From assembly GCA_051294375.1 (NCBI GenBank), contig CM119267.1, positions 8,249,951-8,313,950 on the forward strand: a stretch of DNA of 64,000 bases. Reading direction: 5' to 3'. Below are positions 1 through 9,996 of this stretch, one piece after another. Position 1 is the stretch's first letter, and every line of letters begins with the position of its first letter. The DNA comes from Paraspadella gotoi (Eukaryota > Animalia > Chaetognatha). Below the pieces are notes generated by a model. It ran no database searches. It saw only the letters and a program-made list of their open reading frames with translations, and was not told the DNA's origin. The translations under genes were made by a program, and so were the position numbers.

Positions 1-373
1 TTCTCTCTGTCTCTCTCTCTCTCTCTGTCTCTTTCTTTAATCAACACACAACTTTCCATAGTCTAGGATTTACTTCTTTATTATAAAATTATTTAAAGAC
101 AGAAAAATTAGATTTTCACAACGAATTGTTTTTATTAAAGATGGAGACATGTTTCAAACAATTGTTTTGTTCATCATCAATTCACTGATGATAAAAACAA
201 TTCGTTGTGAAAATCAAATTTGTCTGTCTCTAAATCATTTACCAACGAAAAAAAAGAAAAAACTAACAAATAAAATTTATTTAACGAAGGTTTCCGTCAC
301 TGGAGGTAATTAATTATGTCACTCAAGTTTTTACGTTTCCCTAAAATTGTACAATCAGTAATTTGCTTTAATC

Positions 374-3300
374 TCATTTTGTTGCTAACAAACTTTTTAA
401 AATTGTTTTCGTACGTACAGAAATAACAGATAAATCTTTTTTTTTTTTTTTTTGCCCCATCATTTCACATTCGATATAAGTACCTGCTTCCACCCCGGGA
501 ATCTGTGGGAGTTTCCTCTCGTGAGAAGCGAGTCGATCTCTTCTCCTCGCCAAAGCTTTATGCTCGATCCGCCGATTCCTTCTGAGTAGAGACATCAGCT
601 CGTTTTCGTCATCCGACGACCCGAGTCTGTCACGACCTTCCCGATCGGCGAATTTGTCACGACCTTCCCGATCGGCGAATTTGTCACGACCTTCCCGATC
701 GGCGAATTTGTCACGACCTTCCCGATAGGCGAATTTATCCTGACCTTCCCGATCGGCGTTACTCTTTCGACCTTCCCGATCGAGGTTCCCGAAGAATCCG
801 TTCCCATTTCTCACGCTTTTCTCCACCGCCTTCTGCGCGAACTCTCTCAGCTCGCGTTCCCCCGTCATGCCGAGAGCCTTTTCCTTAATTCTCGCTAAAT
901 CGGCCAACTCCTCGAGGGAGGCTGGATTCTTGGGCGGCGGCTTTCCTCCCGGCTTCGGTTTCGGCGAAGACTTTTTCCCTTCGGAATTGGAATCTTCGTC
1001 GGAAGAGTCGGACGAGCTGCTGCTTCCCTCCTCATCCACGGCCGTCGTCGTCGTCGTCTTGGGCCTCGGCTTCGTCGTCGGCTTCAACGTCGACGCCTCT
1101 TCGGTGTCGCTCGACTCGGATTCAATTCCGGACTCGGTTCTGTCCACGTCCGCTATCGTCGTCGTCTTGACGTGAGACGTCGGCGGTTCCGTCACCTTCC
1201 CTTCCTGACTCTCTTCCTCCTCGCTGGAATCGGATTCCGATACCACCCTCGGAGTAACGGGAATCGGCGTCGTCGTCCTCACCGTCGATCCTTCAGCCTC
1301 TTCCTCCTTCTTCTTCTCCTTCTTCTCCTCCTCCTCCGCCTCCGAATCAGACTCCAATGGCTTGAAAGTCATGATCGCCATGTCGGTGGTTTTTCTCGTC
1401 CTGACGGTGACGGGCCTTCTCATGGTGGTTCTCCGGTGAGTTCTAGTGACATGCTTGGTTGTTGGGGTCGTGGTGGTGGTCCTTGTGGTTGGAGGCCTCG
1501 TCGTCGGAGTCGTTGTAGTTGTTGGAGGAAGTGGGGGTGTCGTGGTGGTGGTTGTGGTTCTTGGAGTCGTGGGAGGTGGCTTAGTGGGCGGGGGTTTGGT
1601 CGTTTTTGCTCTCGGAGTTATGTCTGGTTCGGTGGTCGACGACGATAGCATTGGTTGGGTCATCATCATTCTCAACATCCGTCGTCGACGACGTACTGCA
1701 AAAACCAAAAGTTTACTCGAAATTATTTATGTCGATTAGAGTCTGGACCTACTTGGCTAATACATTAATACAGTTGGCACCGGATTTAACATCTATTCTA
1801 AAGGGGGAAAAAAAAGTACTCTCGAAGTTTCCATTACCCAGTTTCAGTTACCAATTTGATGATGACGCGAGTCGGGAGCTTTCCTGTTGGGGATGACGAG
1901 CCCTTCATTTCTTCCGTATCCACTTTGCATCTTCAACACATTGCCCCTCCTTCTGCCCATTCCTGGCAAATTGATCTTTCTCGCAACAACGTTGCCCACA
2001 TGTCCACCTCTGCCATACGCCGCGTTAACGACGCCAACTTTGCGGTGTCTACCGCCCAATCTCCCCCCTTTCCCTTTTCCACCACCGAATCTTCTGCCTT
2101 TCCGCTTCGTCTTTCGTCTCTTTCCCTTGATGCCGCCAGGTCCTCCCCTCAAATGCGCCACCTTGCCCGGGTGGCCGCCCGCTCCTCTTTCCAAATTCGC
2201 CAATTTCCCGGCGACGTTGCCCAGTGCAGATTGAACCTTCCCCGCCTCGGTTTCTCCCTCTTCTTCTTCGTCCGAGGAGGAGGAAGAGGAAGAGGAGGAG
2301 CTGCTCTCTTCCTCCGGTGGTATCGTCGTCGTCGTCGTCGTCGTCTTCCTTTTTCTCTTCCTCTTCGGCGGCGTCCAAGGCGTAGTGTCTTCAAGGTCCT
2401 CGGACTCGGACGGAATCGTCCACGTCGTTGTCACGGTCCTCGGTTTTTCAAAAGTCGTCGTCGTGGTCGAAGTTGTGGTCGTAGTGGTTGTTGTAGTTGG
2501 CGTAGTGGTTGTCGTCGTAGTTCGTTTCTTTTTAGTAACTCCAGGTTTGGGCGTCATCCTTGGCTGAGTGGTCGGAGGCGGAGGCGGCGGCGGTATCGTT
2601 GTTGTTGTTGTTGTGGTTGTCGTTGTGGTTCTCTCCTTCGTTTCTTTTTACGAGCTCTGGGGTTTGGCGTCATCTCTGCCTCAGTGGTTCGAGGCGGGGG
2701 AGGCGGAGGCGGTGGCGGGTAGTTGGAGTGGCTCCCGGTTGTGGAGTCATCGCAGCCTCGGTGGTTCGGGGCGGGGAGGCGGAGGCGGTGGCGGGTAGTT
2801 GGTGTGGCTTCCGGTTTGTGGAGTCATCGCTGCCTCAGTGGTTTGGGGCGGAGGAGGCGGAGGCGGCGGCGGCGGGGTAGTCGAAACAGCTCCCGGTTCC
2901 GGAGTCATCTCTGGTTCGGTCGTTATACCTTCGTTATTTTGGAGAAGTCGAGGCCGTTCTGTGACTCCTTCTTTTGGAGTCATATGTGCTTCCGAGGTTG
3001 AGAGGAGACTGGATGTTGATGGACCTCTGACCGGCCGTTGAGTTGGTGGCTTGGTGGTTCGTGTGGTCGTCGGTGGCTCTGTAGTAGTTGTGGTGGTAGT
3101 TCTAGTGACTCCGGGTTTAGGGGTCATCTTCGCTTCGGTGGTAAGAGGCGGCAGTGGCGGACTTGTTGTAGTTGTAGTTGTAGTAGTCGCTGGAGTTATC
3201 TCTGGTTCGTTTGTAAACCCAGCAGTCTGGGCTGGCAAACCACCTGAGCCTAGATTGGTCCTTGTGGTTGGCTCAGTCAGGTGATGGACTCCTTTGCCAG

Positions 3301-6132
3301 GGGTCATCGCTGGCTCCGGAGTGGTTAAAGGCAACTGAGGTTGACCTCTGAACCTGAGCTGATTGGCTTGATTGGGGACAAGGTTAGCCTGAACCTGAGG
3401 AGAAGCGAGTTGATTTACGGGCAGAAACCTTGCTTGATTTGGAGAACGGGCTTGTTGATTCAAGCCTTGTTGTTTCAAGCCTTGTTGTAGTGGATGGAAT
3501 AAATCAATGTCTTGTCTAAATTTTGGCTCTTCCGTCACTCCCGGTTTTGGCGTCATCTTGGGTTCGCTTGGTGTTGGTTGACCTGGAATAGTCGGTAGTT
3601 TTGGGAGTGGTGCCAGTGGAGTCGTGATCGTCGTTTTTTTCTCAGGGATTCCTTTTTTGGGAGTGGGAACCACTTCGGTGGTAGGCTTTGGGGAGTTTAA
3701 TTTTGATAACGTGCGATTTCTGCCTATTGGTGGTCTTGGCTCCGTAGTGGGGTTACCCCCCGACTGGGCATAAAATGGCGTCGTCGTTGGCTTCGTCGTT
3801 TTACGTGTAACCCCATTGGCTGGTGTCATTTTTGGGTCAACCGGGGTCGCCGTTGGAGCGTCGTTTCTGAATTGGTCAGCGGCAAATGGAAAAGCTATGT
3901 CGTCAGCTTGATAGTTTTCCTGGCGAAAGATCGGCTTTTTTGTGATTCCCGGTTTCGGTGTCATCCTCGCTTCACTAGTTGATGATATTCTAGGTGGATT
4001 GGTTTTTACTTTGTGATACGGCACCGTCGTCGTCTTCGCCGTCGTTTTTTTCGGAGTGACGCCATTTTTAGGAGTGACTTGCGCTTCCGTCGTTCCGTCT
4101 TTCGGCGTTATATTCGGTTCAGTGGTCATTATAGACGATGCTGACTGGGAAGTCGCCGCTCCTGGCGATTGGCTTGACTTCGGCCGCTTGGTGATTCCTC
4201 CTTTAGGCGTCATCTTCGGCTCGCTGGTTGACTTTCTCGGGGAGTTATCGGCGAATCTTTCTGGCGAATCGATTTGAGAATCTTGGGAACCAACGCCTAT
4301 AGAATTACAAAGTTATAATAAATAATTACTTTCTTTCATTTTCATTCTCTCTATCTCTCTCTCTCTCTCTCTCTCCCTCTCTCTCTCTCACTCTCTCTCT
4401 CTCGTCGATCTCGCTCAATTAAAACAGCGCAAAATCTCTTATTTCTCTCACCCAAATCTTCCCTCGGTGCTTTCCTTTTGTGCGACATTAACCGCGATTT
4501 TCTTCTCCTGTTTTTTCGCCGATTTCTTCCTCTCCGCCGAAAAGCTTTTCTCCTAGCCCCGAACCTCTTTCCTCCCTTTTCCTCGCTGCCCACTCCTCCC
4601 GCTTTCCTTTTCTTTCCTCCCTTTCGCTTTTTCTTTCTCTTCCTTCGTCTTGCGGCGGCCTTCTCCTCTTCCTCTTCCCCCTCCGACTCGGACGAACTGC
4701 TGCTGCTGCTCGGCGCCGGCGTCGTAGTCACCGACGAATCTTCGAGATCTTCGTCGGAAGACGATTCCGCTTCGGTCGAAGTCGTCGTCGTGGTCGTCGT
4801 CGTTGACGAAGTCGTCGTCGTCGGTTTAGGTGTGGTCGTCGTCGTCGTGGTGGTCGTCGTTGTGCGTTTCGTCGTCGTCGTTTCGTCGTCGCTGTCCGAG
4901 GACGAGGAGGAGGACGTTGGTGGAGTGATGGGGTAGGGCGGTTCTGTGTCCGCTTTGGGTACGTCCGCCTGGGGTTCGTCCGCCTGAACTATTCGGACTG
5001 CAGAGGCGGGCACAGGAGACGGGCGAAAGAGGCGGTTAAAGGAGACGAGCAAAGTTGCACTAGTAAGTCTCGAATCGAGATGATTACACGTTTTCTCAAC
5101 GAAATGGACCAAATTATTGTAAATTAATAAAAAAAAAAAAATTTTTAACACTGTAATTATTTTATAGATATAAAATTCACGATAAGAATTCGTTTGAGAA
5201 AACACGTAACACAATCATATTTATGTGCAAGGAAAAATGGTGGTATCTGAAAAAGATTTAATTTCAGGAATCCCCATTACCGAATCAAAATAAGGTACAA
5301 CCCAAATAACACCGTCGGATTTAACAATCCGACAGTGTGGAAAAAAATTATTAAAAAACCCATAACCCTAGGTTACTCATGATTTGATATCACGTTAAAA
5401 GAAACATATATTACGTACATTACACAGCCTAGTCAGATTTGTTAAATCCGGTGCCATCTGGATGACCGTTGTTAAAACGTAGCTTACCGTCGGCCTCGGT
5501 GACTGCCATTTGCAATTCCGGCAATTGGCCGTTATCTGCAGAACGACACATGCAAGAAGACGACATTTATTATTACCAATCGTTAACTTTTTTGATACAA
5601 CAATAATTTTTTTTATTACCGTAATCATCTTCGTCGTCGTCGTCGTCGTTTCGTTTTCCTAAAACAATTCGGGGGGAAAAAAAATAGTTGACGTAAAATA
5701 GACAAGAATAATTGTAGAAATTTTATGTTCATACTTCGCACAAATCTTTTGCGCTTCTTTTTGCTTTTGACCATATTTTGAATCTCTTGCCGAGGTACCC
5801 CTGCTGTCAAGTAGATATAAAATTTACATTTAAACTTAATTTATGAACAAAATTTTCATGTTTCGTCGAATGGAATATACTTACCAAAATCTTTTTCATT
5901 ATTTTTGTCTTTTGCAGTAATATCTCTATCATCTTTGACGGCCTCGATTTCGTGTGCATTCCGCTTTTTTCTTATTGGCGAAGCCTGATGCACAACAAGT
6001 CGTTGATGCCAGTACTATTTTTATTAACGTATTTGACAATCTTTAAAGACATACCTCCGCTGAATCTTTAATAAACGCAATAAACGCGAGAAAAACAACG
6101 CAAGTAAGCGTTGGAAAATAAACGCTTTTCAT
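374..6132 (-). CDS. Large secreted mucin-like, low-complexity precursor protein (multi-exon)
   Basis: GT-AG exon chain read manually: 6132-6055 (MKSVYFPTLTCVVFLAFIAFIKDSAE, signal-peptide-like), 6014-5885 (contains RKKR), 5803-5735, 5658-5620 (RRKR-NDDDDDEDDY), 5535-5488, 4997-4452, 4296-1852, 1695-484, and a tentative last exon 384-374. Phases are compatible at every junction. The chain links ORFs 4351..5214, 2747..4213, 1844..2557 and 374..1708. Frame slips at about 2560-2815. Confidence 0.8.
628..790 (-). repeat. Coding 27-bp tandem repeat (ADREGRDKF-like units, about 6 copies)
   Basis: Unit cacgaccttcccgatcggcgaatttgt is repeated on the + strand. It translates on the - strand as LDREGRKSN-ADREGQDKF-AYREGRDKF-(ADREGRDKF)x2-ADREGRDRL. 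Confidence 0.9.
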
Positions 6133-6729
6133 TTTGATTTTGATTAAGATGAAGAAGTAACGGTATAAACGTAAAGAACGGATAGAAGAACTTTTTAAGG
6201 GTTGCTACCTATCTTTTGTTTTTTCTCTTATATCGCGTTTGAAATGAATACGTGCTGCCATGGAATAATGCGAACTGAGGTTTAGGAGATGTCAGCACTC
6301 GCTTAGAAAGAACGAGGCAGATTTTAAACAAAAGGCTACCGTCGTTGTGTTATTATTATTCAAAAAAAAAAAAAAGTTCTTTCTTATACAACGTCTGCGA
6401 CTACCTTTTTTATTTACTTTTAGGCACATTGTCCAATAAATTAGTCGGTAAAAAAAAATTCAAATTTATATTCATGACAGTTCGCAAAGTTTATTTTATC
6501 TTGATAAATTTTCAACGTGTTGAGAGTAATAAGTAACAAACAGTATTCATGGCCATACGTTGTATGCGGTTGAAAGTAAATCTATTTGAATAAATAATAT
6601 TTTATTTCTCTAAACCTATAGTGGTATTCTAACGAAAAGTTTCGGTTCGATGGATTTCTCGGATCATCACCAATAGATTAGATTTTATTTCTTTGTTCGA
6701 GTTATAATTGAATAACCGAGTTATTCACG

Positions 6730-9001
6730 TTAGAAATTGATGACGGCGGCGGCATCGACTTCGATCTTGATGAAGACACAATCGTCCTTCAAGTAGGACC
6801 TCTTCTTCATAAGGGTCTCGTGGGCGACGAACTTGGGATAACCGTATCCGAGGCAGTCGACGACATCGTCTTCCCTCGAGGGTTTCTGAAAAGTCTTCCA
6901 GTTTGGATCGGGGTCGAATCGCTCTTCGACGTTCTGTCGCTTCTCGCCGTCGACGACCTGATCAACGAGAGTGAACTTGACGGGATGAGTGAAGGGCCAG
7001 TGGAGGAGGTTGTCGTAATCCCCGGGTAGGATCTTGATGTAGAGAGAAAGGAATTTTCCTTCAGCGCCGTCGCCGTCGCCGTTGGGGAAGATGGAGGCCA
7101 CGAGCTTGTAGCCGTATTTGTGGGTGTAGAAGGGGACGCTGCAGATCTCCGCGTTTGTGTTGGGCGAGAGGCGGGCGTTCTCCAGAAGCCGAGAAAAGTC
7201 TGAAATTCGCCACAAGAGAGTTCCATCGGAACTTCGGGTCATGGCCTCCATTCTGGATCGAAGCTCTTCAATCTCCGATTTCTGTTTCGTCGCCAAACCG
7301 CACATGATCTTCAAGTGCGCCTTGGAGTCGGCATCGACGTGGCGTTGGATGCTACGGCGTGGGCCGCGGACGCCGCATCCCGCGTGCTTGAAGGGGCAGT
7401 CGACGACGGAAGAAGGGCAGGTCTGAAGGATGTGCCGATCCACCTCGTCGCGAGGAATTCGTCCGGCAGAGTCGCACCGGTTGGGGCACGGGACAGGATA
7501 ACGGGGACATTGGTAGTAATGACTCTGAAAGGACAAAACAAAATTAAATGTTTTTCTCTCTCTCTCTCCATTAGGATTAAAAGTTTGTTTCTCACTTGTA
7601 AAGTATCGTGGACAAAGTCCCGATGACAATGTTGACACTTGGTGAGTCTCCGATGACATTCGTTTCGCGCGTGATTCGCCAAAAACCTCCGTTGTAGCAA
7701 AGCGCCGCATTTACTCTCGCAGTGCAGCAACTCCATGGCGCAATTTCCGGCGTGCTTTTCCATTTGCTCACCGGAAAACTTTTTTTTGCAAAACTCGCAG
7801 TTGACGAGGCGCTTGGGGCAAGTGGACGCTAGATGATCCTCCATGCAGACGCGAGGGATGCGGGCGGCGCAGTCGGATGGACAAGGGATAGCGTCCCACT
7901 TGCAGACAGTGAGGTGGGCCTGTTAAGTAAATATATTTTGTTCATTTGCGAAATTCCGAAGAAAAAAATTGTCAGTTAAACGTTAAATGGATTTGTTAGT
8001 TCGTTGCCATTTACATAATGTTTTATATAAGTCACTATGACGGGCCGACTGATCGACGACATGAACCATTGCTATTAAAGTTTTAAATAAGGCATTGCTT
8101 TTATTTTTATGTGGGTAAATCTGAAGTATCTCAAAATGAAATTATCGGTTATTTTTATTTCAGTCACACTAAAACCATGTTAAGTCATTTAAGGCCAGGT
8201 AAATCACTTAAATTGCATCAATCACCCTTGCACCTGCAGCCCCTTGAGCCGGTCGATCCATGTGCAACCTTCGGCCACGTGGATGCAGACGACCTTAAGT
8301 TCGCCCACTTTTCGGTCAGCGTCTTCGTCAGGAAAAATCTGCGGAAAAAAAATGAATTTTTGCAAAATATTACTAAAAGACGAATTTTACCATCAGACCG
8401 ATAAAACGACGCACAGCAAAACACCAAGATGACGACAAAGACGACATCAGCCAACGAGGAAAAAATATCGGATGAGTTCATTTTTTTTCCGGCGGAACTC
8501 GGCCAAAGATTTCTGCTGACACAAAGACGTCGAGGATTAACTCTCGAGATTTTCCTACTCGAGAGAAGTTCTTGCAAGAAAAGTTCTTGCAAGTTCTTTC
8601 AAGCTCTTGCAAGACTTTTTCGTCTTCGGGTCCGAACGAGGAAATTTCCATCTGGCAGGCGTCGTCGAATCAGTCAGCGCGAATCCGTTCTCTCTCTTCG
8701 TCTTCGTCTCATCTCTCTCGCTCCTCTCTCTCTCTCTCATCTCGTCTCTCTCTCTCTCGTCTCTCGTCTCATTCTCTCTCCATTCATCATCTCTCTTCAT
8801 CTCTTTTATTAATGATCTCTAACAATATTCTAGTAGTTACTTAACCTTTCTTAATCGCTCCTGCTCGGCTTACTCCCAAGCTCCGGACTTATCATCCCTG
8901 GTTCCTGATCCGATCGTTATTTCTACATGTGGCTCGGATTTGCAAAGAAATCCGCAACAGATTTCGGCACAAAAACAACAAGAGATGCGATTAAAACAAA
9001 T

Positions 9002-9056
<55 letters not shown>

Positions 9057-9904
9057 ATTTGAGTGAGCGAGAAAGATGAGAAACAAGTATCGGCCCTGAA
9101 AAAAAAGAGTGAAAATGAGAACTGCGTAGAAAAAAAAGGAAAGATAGAAAAAGAAAGAAAGAAATGAGAGAAAGAAAAAGAAAAAAAGAAATAAAAGAAA
9201 GAAACTGAAAGAAATTAAAGAAGGAAAAAGAAAGAGAGATTATGAAAAAAAGAAAAAAAAAATAAAAGAAGAAAAAGAAAGAATCGATAAAGGTAATAAA
9301 GAAAAAAAAAAGAAAAAAAAACAAAGAAAAAGAAAGAAGGAAAGAAAGAAAGAAAGAAAAAAGAAAAGAAAAAGAAAGAAAAAAAAAGAAAAAAAAAGAA
9401 AAAAGAAAGAAAAAGGAAAAAAAAAAGAAAGAAAAGAAAGAAAAAGAAAAGAAAGAAAGAAAAAGAAAAGAAAGAAAGAGAAAGAAAGAAAGAAAGAAAA
9501 AAGAAGAAAGAAAGAAGGAAAGAAAGAAAAGAAAGAAAGAAAGAAGGAAAGAAAGAAAGTCGGGCCGAAGTGAGAGTTAATTTTTGGACGCGAATGCCTT
9601 CCCAGTGGGCGACGAGTTCTGTCAAGAAGGGACGCGACGTCCAATCAAAAAGTCCCGAGTTCACAAGGGATATTTGTCCATCGTTCCCCGTCGAGAGTTG
9701 ATTGGATTGACAGTTAAGCTGCGAATCTTGTTTAAATCTAGCTCAGCTAAAATTGTTTTCATTTAACACAAAAAACATATTAAAACGTCAAAACAACAAA
9801 ACCGGTCCCGTGGAATTTTGCTCGATTCCGCTGATTCTTTTTTTAAAATCTAAGAAGAAAAAGGAATGAATATTCGCAAAGGAAAGAGAAAAGCCCCATT
9901 TAAT

Positions 9905-9996
<92 letters not shown>

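Noticed and set aside
628-790. Regular 27-bp repeats as a CRISPR array
   Set aside because: There are no unique spacers or cas genes, and the repeat lies in frame inside a eukaryotic exon.
867-4936. Val/Gly-rich plus-strand ORFs as membrane proteins
   Set aside because: They are antisense shadows of the Thr/Pro codons of the minus-strand mucin-like gene.
1771-5460. The 21-bp inverted pair as ends of a hAT-like transposon that captured exons
   Set aside because: The flanks (cattaata and gatgaccg) show no target-site duplication, and the enclosed exons are continuous in style with the rest of the gene.
1741-5480. Peptide similarity YxxxxxIQ(L/M)APDLT between ORFs 1606..1896 and 5395..5628
   Set aside because: Both segments are intronic. 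The similarity is explained by the shared DNA inverted repeat.
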